A stretch of 64,000 bases of DNA from an uncultured Myxococcales bacterium (lineage in GTDB: Bacteria > UBA10199 > 2-02-FULL-44-16 > JAAZCA01): the NCBI GenBank assembly GCA_964480565.1, contig CAYZSU010000002.1:3367-67366 (forward strand). The letters run 5' to 3'. Of this stretch, positions 51,254-60,540 are shown in pieces. Position numbers and translations under genes: made by a program. The first letter of the stretch is position 1. Every line of letters begins with the position of its first letter. The notes under the pieces are model-generated. The model worked only from the letters and a program-made list of their open reading frames with translations. It made no database searches and was not told the origin of the DNA.

Positions 51254-51491
51254 ATTCCCCCCCCCGTACACCTCTTCATATGCAAATCACATAATTGAAA
51301 TAAAATATCATTAGCTTTAATTTTTAATCGAGTAATTATGATACTTAATTTGGATATTAATATCAGTACTTGATCATGAAAACAATATAGAAACACACAC
51401 TTATAACTTTTTTTTCAATTGAGTCACTTTTGTTTTGCGTCATTGTTCAAGAACGTGTACAAGACTTTTAAATAATTCATGGAGGAGAAAT

Positions 51492-51845
51492 ATGGCAAAG
51501 AAAATCGTAAAAAAAGTAGCTAAAAAAACAACAGCAAAAACAAAGAAAACAACGACACCAACAAAACGTACAACCAAAGCCAGCACGACTAAAACTGCTA
51601 CGAGCAAAACAGCTGTCACAAAACGGACACCCACAAAGCGAACAGTTAAAGCATCTACAAAGAATCAACGTCGCTTCACACTAACCGAAATTAATGCCTT
51701 AACACAAGTTCGTGCATTTGAGTTATACCAAAGCCGCACCAATACAGATGGCAATGAAAACTCTGATTGGCAAAGAGCTCAAGAACAAATCTGCATAGAA
51801 TTTGGAATTGATCTTAACACTGTATTAAATAAAAATTTCAAGTAA
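51492..51845 (+). CDS. Histone H1-like Lys/Thr-rich DNA-binding protein with C-terminal DUF2934-like motif
   Basis: GGAGGAG Shine-Dalgarno sequence. KK(V/T)AKKTTAKTKKTTTPTKRT... low-complexity basic region. C-terminal VRAFELYQSRTNTDGNENSDWQRAQEQI. Confidence 0.6.
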   Translation: MAKKIVKKVAKKTTAKTKKTTTPTKRTTKASTTKTATSKTAVTKRTPTKRTVKASTKNQRRFTLTEINALTQVRAFELYQSRTNTDGNENSDWQRAQEQICIEFGIDLNTVLNKNFK

Positions 51846-51873
51846 GCATATACCATTACATATTTATTTATAC

Positions 51874-52350
51874 TTAACACCTAAGCAATGCTTGGGTGTT
51901 TTTTCGTTTACCCACAAAAAACTGTTTTAACAACTGACCACACTCTTTTGCCATTACACCACCTGTAATATCCACCTGATGATTGAGACGTTTATCCGTC
52001 AACACATTGTATAATGACTCAACAGCACCTGCTTTTGGATCATAACAACCAAATACAATACGAGATATACGTGATTGATAAATAGCACCCGCACACATTA
52101 CGCACGGTTCACATGTCACAATCAATTCAACACCATCCAGTCGCCATGACTTTATTTTTTTTGAAACATCGCTGATTAAAAGTATCTCCGCATGCCCTAT
52201 TGGATTTTGATCACATTCACGACGATTATGTGCACGTGCAATAATTTGATTGTCTTTCACCGCAATGGCCCCAATGGGCACTTCATCCATTGCCATTGCT
52301 TTTTTGGCTTCATCAATGGCTTGCTTCATTAAAGCTTGACTAGCTATCAT
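51874..52350 (-). CDS. tadA: tRNA-specific adenosine deaminase
   Basis: Zinc-binding HAEILLI and CEPCVMCAGAI motifs. Confidence 0.85.
   Translation of the reverse strand: MIASQALMKQAIDEAKKAMAMDEVPIGAIAVKDNQIIARAHNRRECDQNPIGHAEILLISDVSKKIKSWRLDGVELIVTCEPCVMCAGAIYQSRISRIVFGCYDPKAGAVESLYNVLTDKRLNHQVDITGGVMAKECGQLLKQFFVGKRKNTQALLRC
51877..51905 (+). terminator. Rho-independent terminator of the histone-like gene, overlapping the last codons of convergent tadA
   Basis: ACACCTAAGCA-atg-CTTGGGTGT followed by TTTTTT. Confidence 0.6.
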
Positions 52351-52422
52351 TGGTAATTATCCTTCCAAAAAAAATAAAATAACTATTGCATTTTAAATGA
52401 CATTTCTACATTATCCGGCACT

Positions 52423-53394
52423 ATGCTACTACAATATATTCCTTTAAAAAATTTGAATGTTGCTGATGACAGCTACCGAATTACCTTTGCACCTGAATTG
52501 GATAACTTAAAACGTTCTATCAAGTCCGTAGGCGTTATTCAACCAATCAATATCAGGCACACAGCTGAAGGTACATTCCAAATCGTCACTGGGTATAAAC
52601 GCGTGCTTGTCATGCAAGAGATTGAACGTCAATCAGTACCAGCGCTCATTCACGAACCTGGAGATTTATCGCCCACACAAGCATTTTTGTGGAACCTTCA
52701 TGACAATGCAATCACACGCTCATTAAATCTAGTTGAAAAAAGCATTGCACTCAATAAGCTTCAGCAATTTTATTCCATTGCTGAAGATGATTTGGCCAAA
52801 CAATTCTTACCATTGCTTGGCATTGAGCCAAGCTATAAAATTTTACATCAGTTATGCGCGCTAGATCAACTTATTGAGCCACTCAAAACTCATATTGTTG
52901 AATCACAAATGGCATTATCATCTGCAGCTCGTATTGCTGACTTCTCACCAACGACGCAACAAGCACTATTAGCAGTGCTCTTACATATTAGACCCTCTAC
53001 AAGCAAGCTAAATGAATTACTATCCTTACTCCGTGAAATTTCAGCTCGCGATGGAATTACAGTGGAAGACATTTTAAGTCGTTATAAATTACTACAAGTA
53101 GTGGCCAATCCAGAGGCCACATCTGGTGAAAAAGTGGGCGCGCTCAGACAAGCATTGCGCGGCATTCGACTTCCACAACTCACACAACGCCAAAAGGAAT
53201 TGGCCAATCTCATACAAAATCTAGAATTACCTGATTCCGCAAAAGTAGTGGCAGACCCATACTTTGAAAACAATAATATGAAATTGGAATATCGATTTTC
53301 CAATCCAAAGGAATTGGATAGTTTAGTTAAAAAGATTCAAGATGCATTTTCAAAGCAAAAATGGCAGCAAATATTTGAATGGTATCGCAATTAA
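52423..53394 (+). CDS. ParB/Srx-fold (ParB-like) DNA-binding protein; no ParA partner in the window
   Basis: ParB N-domain pattern IPLKNL...YRIT...SIKSVGVIQPINIR...FQIVTGYKRVLVMQEI, followed by an HTH-like region. The arginine patch is GYKRV rather than GERRxRA. Confidence 0.5.
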   Translation: MLLQYIPLKNLNVADDSYRITFAPELDNLKRSIKSVGVIQPINIRHTAEGTFQIVTGYKRVLVMQEIERQSVPALIHEPGDLSPTQAFLWNLHDNAITRSLNLVEKSIALNKLQQFYSIAEDDLAKQFLPLLGIEPSYKILHQLCALDQLIEPLKTHIVESQMALSSAARIADFSPTTQQALLAVLLHIRPSTSKLNELLSLLREISARDGITVEDILSRYKLLQVVANPEATSGEKVGALRQALRGIRLPQLTQRQKELANLIQNLELPDSAKVVADPYFENNNMKLEYRFSNPKELDSLVKKIQDAFSKQKWQQIFEWYRN

Positions 53395-53507
53395 TAATAA
53401 GTTCAATAAAGTATTATTCTAACTGATACAATACTCAATTGAATTTATTCCCAACTCAGCAGATGGGTCATTTTTTAGCCCCCATAATGCGTCAGGGGAT
53501 AACAAGT

Positions 53508-54686
53508 ATGCATTCCCAAACCTCATCATTTTCTGTACAACCCTTAAAAACGCGACACCGTAAAAAGAAAACACTATTTCCTTTTTTACCAGAGCAAGTT
53601 TGGGTGGATCGAAATATAGTATCACATCCACAAACCATCCGTATTCTCAATCAATTACAAGATGCAGAAATAGACATCGTTGATAATATTCGTTCATTAA
53701 AAACACCCGCAAGCCTCAATATAGCCAAAAAACAACTTGTTCTCACTGAACACAAAGGGCATGCCTTTAAAGAATGCCAGGGTATCACTCCCAACCACCT
53801 GTGCTGTAATTACCGCACATTGGACTTAGTATCTGGCTGTCCCATGGATTGCAGTTATTGCATTTTGCAATCCTATCTAGCAAACAACCCCATCACCACT
53901 GTATATGTGAATTTGGAACAAATTCTCGACCAAGTGGCAAGCTTTCTAAAGTCAAACAAGGGTACCCATTTTCGTATTGGCACAGGTGAATTAGGAGATA
54001 GCCTCGCATTAGATCCAATCATCGATTATGCGAGTATTTTAATTCCCTTTTTTGCACAGCAAGACAATGCTGTATTAGAATTAAAGACAAAAACAAATTT
54101 TGTCGATCATATCCTAAAATTACGCCATCGCAATCGAACCATTATTGCATGGTCGATAAATACACCTGATTATATTCAAACAGAAGAAAGTCATACTGCC
54201 AGCTTAGAAAAACGGATTGAAGCGGCACAAAAAGTCATTCAAGCAGGATATCGTGTGGCATTTCACTTTGACCCCATTTTTATACTTAAGGACATTGATA
54301 CTGAGATGGCGGCATATCAAGATGTCATTGCCACTATATTCGAGCATATTGATCCACAGTATATTGCCTGGATCAGCTTAGGGCTACTTCGCTATCCAAA
54401 AAATTTACCTCAAATCGCAGAAAAACGATTTCCAAATACCCGTATTTATACGGGCGAACTCGTACCATCGGATTCAAAAGTCAGGTATTTGCGATTTATT
54501 CGTGAACACGCATATAAATTACTTTGGAATACCTTTCAAAAATATATTACCACCAACAAACTATACCTTTGCATGGAAACTCACACAGTTTGGCAAAAAG
54601 TAGATACATCCATTAACAGCAATGAATGCATTGATAAACGACTGTGCACACAGGAAAATGTTTTGTTTGATTTTAAAAATTTTTAG
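53508..54686 (+). CDS. Spore-photoproduct-lyase-family radical SAM protein (SplB-like)
   Basis: CxxxCxxC cluster VSGCPMDCSYCILQSY. Blocks YVNLEQILDQ and KRIEAAQKVIQAGYRVAFHFDPIF align closely with Bacillus SplB. The alternative start at 53439 is less likely. Confidence 0.65.
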   Translation: MHSQTSSFSVQPLKTRHRKKKTLFPFLPEQVWVDRNIVSHPQTIRILNQLQDAEIDIVDNIRSLKTPASLNIAKKQLVLTEHKGHAFKECQGITPNHLCCNYRTLDLVSGCPMDCSYCILQSYLANNPITTVYVNLEQILDQVASFLKSNKGTHFRIGTGELGDSLALDPIIDYASILIPFFAQQDNAVLELKTKTNFVDHILKLRHRNRTIIAWSINTPDYIQTEESHTASLEKRIEAAQKVIQAGYRVAFHFDPIFILKDIDTEMAAYQDVIATIFEHIDPQYIAWISLGLLRYPKNLPQIAEKRFPNTRIYTGELVPSDSKVRYLRFIREHAYKLLWNTFQKYITTNKLYLCMETHTVWQKVDTSINSNECIDKRLCTQENVLFDFKNF

Positions 54687-54702
54687 ATAATGGGATTGCC
54701 AT

Positions 54703-54726
54703 CAAAATGCCCATCTTCGGTGTTTC
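54703..54726 (+). repeat. Solo fragment of the MITE left terminus
   Basis: CAAAATGCCCATCTTCGGTGTTTC matches the left end of copies A and B. Confidence 0.5.
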
Positions 54727-54744
54727 AAAGATAATCCATAACTA

Positions 54745-55596
54745 TCACTCTAACATATTCGAAATAGATACAACTTGATTGAATTCTGGATATGACACAA
54801 TCCATTGATTTTGATTCTTATGATATCTAATATGATATGCAGGATAATGCGTATGCATTGCATGCTGCATGATATTACTGGAATTAACTTGAAAGACACC
54901 CGTCAATGCAGATGATGTAATAAATAATGATTCATCATGAACCACACAATCATATGCATTTTGAACCATTATTTCTGAAAGAAATTGCCGTTTCCCTTGC
55001 TTGTCATACATAAACAATGATGCACTTTGTGATGACGTAATATAATAGACTTTTTGTTGCTCATGCCAGCACATATTTTGGGGCTGATTTAATCTTACAT
55101 TCGCAATATATACTTGGGTTTGTTTTTTTTCTCGATCATATACCCAAATCGTATTTCTACCACTATCCACCAAAAGAATTTGCTGTTTTCCAACTGTTTT
55201 CACAGATTTAATATGCCCAAAATTAATATTCTCAGTCGATTGAATGGCATATAAGAATTTTTTTCGTTTTAAATTATAGACAAGAACACGATCAATATCA
55301 GCAATAATCAATTTATTCCCTGAAATGGCCATTCCCTTTGGTGCATGAAGTACATTATGTTTGTTGGATGATATAAAATACATATCATCGATTTTCCCAG
55401 AAGGATGAATGCGAGAAATAAATCCATTTTTATCCTTTGCATCAACGTCACCATTTACATTGGACACATAAATATACCCCTCCGCATCAATCACTAACCC
55501 CATAGGCCTGGAAAAGCCATTCAATTCAAATGACATTGCTTGCAATGATATAGCCATCAAAACTAGCCATAAACCAATACTACTGCACAGTCCCAT
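54745..55596 (-). CDS. Secreted NHL/SGL-like beta-propeller repeat protein (hypothetical)
   Basis: Signal peptide. Repeated blocks GLVIDAEGYIYVSN, MAISGNKLIIADID and YYITSSQSASLFMYD. Confidence 0.4.
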   Translation of the reverse strand: MGLCSSIGLWLVLMAISLQAMSFELNGFSRPMGLVIDAEGYIYVSNVNGDVDAKDKNGFISRIHPSGKIDDMYFISSNKHNVLHAPKGMAISGNKLIIADIDRVLVYNLKRKKFLYAIQSTENINFGHIKSVKTVGKQQILLVDSGRNTIWVYDREKKQTQVYIANVRLNQPQNMCWHEQQKVYYITSSQSASLFMYDKQGKRQFLSEIMVQNAYDCVVHDESLFITSSALTGVFQVNSSNIMQHAMHTHYPAYHIRYHKNQNQWIVSYPEFNQVVSISNMLE

Positions 55597-55607
55597 AAGA
55601 AACCCTC

Positions 55608-56111
55608 TTACCAATACCGATTGACTCGATACCAATCATTATTAATCGATTTATAACTCACCTTGCTATTATTACTCACTGGCAAGGGCCCATAATTTGG
55701 AATATATACATATGTAATATCATAAAACCAACCCTGTTTAACAAATTCCGCACGCACTATTTGTCGACCACGGCCAAAAACAATGCGGATATTCGAAATA
55801 TTATATACCATCAAGTATGAGCCTAATCTGTCATATATTTTTTTTGATGTTGGGCGAAATGACGACAATGATAGATGTAATGCATTTTCCACACACGATC
55901 TCTTTAATGAACTCGCATAGGATCCTTTATTATAGGCAATTATTTGACAGTTTTGATCGTGATAATAATAGCGAATATAGTGGGGTTTAATTGCCGTAAA
56001 AGAACGTTCGAACATAAATGTATGCCCATGATCACTTAATACACCTGCCACAAGCGCAATAAACACTGCAAATAACAATAAAACCAGGTACTGCTGTCTT
56101 TTTTTGGACAT
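55608..56111 (-). CDS. Hypothetical exported/membrane-anchored protein
   Basis: N-terminal hydrophobic segment LVLLLFAVFIALVAGV. No known domain. Confidence 0.3.
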   Translation of the reverse strand: MSKKRQQYLVLLLFAVFIALVAGVLSDHGHTFMFERSFTAIKPHYIRYYYHDQNCQIIAYNKGSYASSLKRSCVENALHLSLSSFRPTSKKIYDRLGSYLMVYNISNIRIVFGRGRQIVRAEFVKQGWFYDITYVYIPNYGPLPVSNNSKVSYKSINNDWYRVNRYW

Positions 56112-56233
56112 ATTTTAAAATAAATCATTCACAATAGAATTGCAAAATGAATTTCAGAAATATGGAATTGTCTATAAAATAAGTAATCGGCTTAGCTGGA
56201 AATTGCTTGTAAGTTCCAAAGTGGATATATTTT

Positions 56234-56836
56234 TTAAAAGCCAATCTGCATGCTCAAACGAGCTGGCAGCGCATATACATTTGCCCCACTCTGCGATAAA
56301 TTCCTGCCCATATAACGAATGTATCGCAATGGCAATTGAAAAGAAATTGCACCTGTAAATTTCTCTGTGCGTTTAAAAAAGTATGTAATCCCAGGACCTG
56401 CATTCACAACAATCCCTATAGAACGAGAATTATTATTTACTTGCCCTTCCATCAAATAGGTCCATCCCCCACCAAAAAGCACATGAATATCCAAGCCATT
56501 AGGCCATTCACGCAAATGCACAATCCCTTCCAATGTATTCGTAATGGAATTAATCCACTCTTCGCGATTTAATTTCATTCGATGAAACTCACCCAGCAGC
56601 TGCATACCAAAACGTTTACCACGAAAATCATAGCCCAGTGTCAAATTACCACCAAAACCAGGGCTAAAATGTATTTTCTGTGTGGAATTATCACTATTAC
56701 GATAATTGGACGTGTACATCACTAATGGAGCACCTCCCAATCCCACATACATTCCCTCATGACCACATGCAAATACATTATTTTGCATCAACAATACTGC
56801 TATTAAAATAGCGATACTATATATTAATCGTTTCAT
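56234..56836 (-). CDS. Small outer-membrane beta-barrel protein (OmpA-TM / opacity-porin-like)
   Basis: Signal peptide MKRLIYSIAILIAVLLM. Alternating hydrophobic strands. C-terminal ...ARLSMQIGF. GGGAGA Shine-Dalgarno sequence before the ATG at 56836. Confidence 0.5.
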   Translation of the reverse strand: MKRLIYSIAILIAVLLMQNNVFACGHEGMYVGLGGAPLVMYTSNYRNSDNSTQKIHFSPGFGGNLTLGYDFRGKRFGMQLLGEFHRMKLNREEWINSITNTLEGIVHLREWPNGLDIHVLFGGGWTYLMEGQVNNNSRSIGIVVNAGPGITYFFKRTEKFTGAISFQLPLRYIRYMGRNLSQSGANVYALPARLSMQIGF

Positions 56837-57042
56837 ATTCGAATCTCCCTTACGATTACTACGTATAAAGTGTTGCGCAGCACACTTCAAGATTTTTTTA
56901 CAAAATATTACTTAAACCGCTCACAAATACCCATATGTATTGTTGTAAGAGCATTCCTATATTTGATTTTTATATATTATTCCTATAAAACCGCTTCATT
57001 CAAATGAATAATGATGGAACGCATTGAAAAATAGGAATTTCC

Positions 57043-57684
57043 ATGACGCATTTCGCTTTCATACTAATCTATCTATGTGCATTTTGTTTTACCCTAACCA
57101 CTCATGCAAATGCATTACCTGGTTTTCATACTGGCCCATACCTCACATTATCCATGGGGATAAGCCAATCCAATCATGATTATAATCATGTGGAACAACG
57201 TAATTTTGGCAATAACTTTGAGCCTAATTTTGGATTTATCTTTGGTTGGAATATTAATGATCAGATTGCAACTGAACTGTCAGGTACATATACAACCAAT
57301 CTTACTAGTAATGCCAGGCAACACCTAGTCAGCTCTGCTATTTCAGGAAAATATAGCTTTGTTATTCCAGCGCTCACATCCTTTCGTACAATAGCGATAC
57401 TACCGTTTTTTAAAGTAAGCTTAACGAGTAAACTCAATGTACTTCCCTTTAATTTTACCAACTCATCCTCCAATGTATTTCAATATGCAATTGGTCCCAG
57501 CATAGGTACAGGCATATCTTTTTTATGGAAAAAATATGTGTATTTTGGCGTACTCATCCAAGAGGACATACTGTATTATTCAAGCTGCCAAAGAACAGTC
57601 AACACAGTCCCTGATACATTACTTTACAATGGTGGATGGAAAGGAAGCATTAATAGCTCTTTTTTTATCGGTGTTCACTATTAG
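57043..57684 (+). CDS. Small outer-membrane beta-barrel protein (OmpW/OmpA-TM-like), divergent from the previous one
   Basis: Signal peptide MTHFAFILIYLCAFCFTLTTHA. C-terminal aromatic ...FIGVHY. Confidence 0.5.
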   Translation: MTHFAFILIYLCAFCFTLTTHANALPGFHTGPYLTLSMGISQSNHDYNHVEQRNFGNNFEPNFGFIFGWNINDQIATELSGTYTTNLTSNARQHLVSSAISGKYSFVIPALTSFRTIAILPFFKVSLTSKLNVLPFNFTNSSSNVFQYAIGPSIGTGISFLWKKYVYFGVLIQEDILYYSSCQRTVNTVPDTLLYNGGWKGSINSSFFIGVHY

Positions 57685-57716
57685 GAAAAACACCCTTAAA
57701 AAATAGATAGTCCCGA

Positions 57717-58589
57717 TTAAGCTGATCTCATTTTATTTTGAATTTCAATCATTTCATGAGTAAGCACTCTATTATTGCGTTTAGATGCACCCTTTCGCAC
57801 AATTTCAGCTCTAGCCACAATTTGTTGCTTAATCATCGCGTGGTAGGATATATTGCATTTACTATCCAATAGTATTTTCTGAAGGGCATTAATTCGATAT
57901 CGATCCAATTTACTTTGTTTGGATAATTGATCTGCATGACCGCCGTACTTAATAATCAATGCATCTGGCATGGTTAAAATAGGATACCGAAGTGCCGCTC
58001 GCAACCACAACTCATAGTCTTCACAGGCTAAAAATGTATTATCAAAACCACCCAATTCACAAAAGGTTGATCGTGTCATCATTACTGCAGAGGGTGATAC
58101 AATACACAATGGCACACATTTTAAAAATATCCAGCCTGATTGTTTCACATGTTTTTTCTTGGCATTAACACGTTTATTATTTCGAATCCAAATTTCTTCA
58201 GTTTGGCATATACAGGCGCGCGAATAATCCGCCATATACTGTACTTGTTTTTCCAACTTTTCAGACAACCATTCATCATCCGAGTCTAAAAATGCAATTA
58301 AATCGCCAGATGATTTTTCAACACCCACGTTCCGTGCATTTGCCACACCTTGATTCTGTATATAAAAATATGAAATGCGCGAATCGAGCAATGAATGAAC
58401 ATATGTATCAGTATGATCATCACTACCATCATCAATGACAATTAACTCAAAATTACTGTAAGTTTGATTTAGAACAGACTCAATTGCACGGGGAAGTGCT
58501 GTTATACGATTATATGTAGGAATAATAATGCTAATTAAGGGAACAGAGGGCATATCAAAAAGGCGGGGGTTCATGCATGCTTGGATCAT
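57717..58589 (-). CDS. Glycosyltransferase family 2. Start uncertain; ATGs at 58553 or 58574 would avoid the overlap with dnaB.
   Basis: LISIIIPTYNR ... IVIDDGSDD ... DSDDEW (DxD region). Confidence 0.7.
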   Translation of the reverse strand: MIQACMNPRLFDMPSVPLISIIIPTYNRITALPRAIESVLNQTYSNFELIVIDDGSDDHTDTYVHSLLDSRISYFYIQNQGVANARNVGVEKSSGDLIAFLDSDDEWLSEKLEKQVQYMADYSRACICQTEEIWIRNNKRVNAKKKHVKQSGWIFLKCVPLCIVSPSAVMMTRSTFCELGGFDNTFLACEDYELWLRAALRYPILTMPDALIIKYGGHADQLSKQSKLDRYRINALQKILLDSKCNISYHAMIKQQIVARAEIVRKGASKRNNRVLTHEMIEIQNKMRSA

Positions 58590-59982
58590 TCATATCCGCA
58601 GGCAATGTAGCTGCATCCATATAATCATCCGCACTATGCGCATAATCATCAAAGCGTGTAATACTACCACGAAAAGCCAATGTTACTTTACCTGTTGGGC
58701 CATTACGCTGTTTACCAATAATAATCTCTGCCTTACCCTTATCAGGACTTTCTTTATTATACATTTCATCCCGATAGACAAAACCAATGACATCCGCATC
58801 CTGCTCAATAGCACCGGACTCACGCAAATCAGATAACTGTGGTCGCTTATCCTGCCTTGATTCCACGCCTCGATTTAACTGCGATAATGCAATTACAGGC
58901 ACATGCAATTCCTTAGCAAGTGCTTTCAAAGCCCTAGAGATTTCAGATATTTCACGTTCTCTACTCTCAATACGACCCACACCACGCATCAACTGCAAGT
59001 AATCCACAATAATCATATCCAAGCCATGATTGCGTTGTAGGCGCCTGGACTTCGCTCTTAGCTCCAAAACATTAATTGCCGGCGTATCATCAATAAATAT
59101 AGGGGCTTCAGAAAGCAATCCTGCAGCACGTGTTAGTTTTGGCCAGTCACTCTCACCCAAGAAACCTCCGCGAAGCTTAGAAGCATCCACTTCTGCACGC
59201 GAACATAGCATTCGTTGTACCAATTGCTCTTTTGACATTTCCAAGGAAAAAATAGCACATACTGCATTATGGTCAATTGCGGCGCGCTCAGCCATATTTA
59301 ATGCAAATGCAGTTTTTCCCATACTTGGACGACCGGCAATAATGATTAAATCTGAAGGCTGTAATCCACATGTCATCTTATCCAAATCTTTAAATCCACT
59401 GGATACACCTGTAATCAATTCTTTGCGCTCATACAATTCTTCTATTGCCTTAAAGCTATCCTTCACCACATCTTTAACGCTTGCAAAACCTTGTTTTAAT
59501 CGACGTTCTGAGATATCAAATATAATTTTCTCAGCTTCATCAACAAAGGCATCCACTTCACCTTCACCCTTAAAACCACGGTCAATAATTTCAGTGGCAC
59601 CTTCGATTAAGCGCCTTAACACTGATTTTTCACGAACAATTTTTGAATATGCTGAAATATTAGCTGCACTTGGCACGGCATCCACTAGTTTTGCCAAATA
59701 GGATGCGCCGCCCACTTCATCCAAATCACCTTTAGATTTTAAATGAGTACTTAATGTCACTAAATCTGCAGGTTCATTTTTTTGATATAAATCAATAATT
59801 CCCTGAAATATTTTTCGATGAGCACCACGGTAAAAATCATCAAAGGATACTTCCTCAACAGCACGGTTAATGGCATCATTATCCAATAACATACCGCCCA
59901 AAACAGATTGCTCTGCCTCTTGATTTTGAGGTGGAATTTTAAGTGATTCTATATTGGTTAATGTATTCATAGTAAATGTCAT
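58555..59982 (-). CDS. dnaB: Replicative DNA helicase DnaB
   Basis: Walker A IIIAGRPSMGKTAFALN, Walker B and arginine-finger blocks, and the N-terminal DnaB domain. Confidence 0.95.
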   Translation of the reverse strand: MTFTMNTLTNIESLKIPPQNQEAEQSVLGGMLLDNDAINRAVEEVSFDDFYRGAHRKIFQGIIDLYQKNEPADLVTLSTHLKSKGDLDEVGGASYLAKLVDAVPSAANISAYSKIVREKSVLRRLIEGATEIIDRGFKGEGEVDAFVDEAEKIIFDISERRLKQGFASVKDVVKDSFKAIEELYERKELITGVSSGFKDLDKMTCGLQPSDLIIIAGRPSMGKTAFALNMAERAAIDHNAVCAIFSLEMSKEQLVQRMLCSRAEVDASKLRGGFLGESDWPKLTRAAGLLSEAPIFIDDTPAINVLELRAKSRRLQRNHGLDMIIVDYLQLMRGVGRIESREREISEISRALKALAKELHVPVIALSQLNRGVESRQDKRPQLSDLRESGAIEQDADVIGFVYRDEMYNKESPDKGKAEIIIGKQRNGPTGKVTLAFRGSITRFDDYAHSADDYMDAATLPADMNDPSMHEPPPF

Positions 59983-60082
59983 TCAATAAATTATCATCAA
60001 TACAGCAATTATTTGATCTATACCCATATAAAAAAAGCCCAAGACAGATTGATTGCTGCCTTGGACTTTTCTAGCCAACAAT

Positions 60083-60526
60083 TTATTTTTTTACAACTGA
60101 AACTTTAATATTGCCGGACACCTCTGAATGTAAACGTACTGTTACATCATAGTTTCCTATTTCCTTTAAGGGTGATTCCATGCGAATTTTATGACGATCC
60201 ACATCCACACCTTGCTTGCTCAGCATACTCGCAATATCACTGCTCGTTACGGAACCAAAAAGTTTTCCTTCATCACCAGATTCACGTTCCAATGATATAG
60301 AAATACCTTTTAATTTCTTAGCAATACTTTCTGCAGCAATTTTTACCTTTTGCTGTTTTGCAGCAACAACGCGCTTATTATGCGCCAATTGTTTCATATT
60401 ACCTTGATCAGCAATCACTGCTTTCTCATTTGGAAGTAAAAAATTACGGCCATAGCCATCTTTTACAGTGACAATATCACCTGCATCTCCCAAATTTGGA
60501 ATATCTTCTTGTAAAATAACTTGCAT
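60083..60526 (-). CDS. rplI: 50S ribosomal protein L9
   Basis: MQVILQEDIPNLGDAGDIVTVKDGYGRNFLLP. Confidence 0.9.
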   Translation of the reverse strand: MQVILQEDIPNLGDAGDIVTVKDGYGRNFLLPNEKAVIADQGNMKQLAHNKRVVAAKQQKVKIAAESIAKKLKGISISLERESGDEGKLFGSVTSSDIASMLSKQGVDVDRHKIRMESPLKEIGNYDVTVRLHSEVSGNIKVSVVKK

Positions 60527-60540
60527 ACTATCCTCCTAAA

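Noticed and set aside
51440-51668. Two minus-strand ORFs (64 and 63 aa) rich in Phe/Val/Cys, antisense to the histone-like gene
   Set aside because: These are the antisense reading of the A-rich Lys/Thr codon repeats (poly-T gives F/C/V). It is a low-complexity artefact.
56867-56895. Palindrome AAGTGTtgcgcagcACACTT plus T-run upstream of the small OMP gene
   Set aside because: It is oriented as a plus-strand terminator but no plus-strand gene ends there. It may be a 5'-UTR structure or operator, but there is no supporting evidence.
58555-58589. 35-bp overlap between dnaB 3' end and GT2 gene 5' end as a programmed feature
   Set aside because: More simply explained by choosing an internal ATG (58553 or 58574) as the GT2 start. 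The N-terminal 12 residues are not conserved GT2 sequence.
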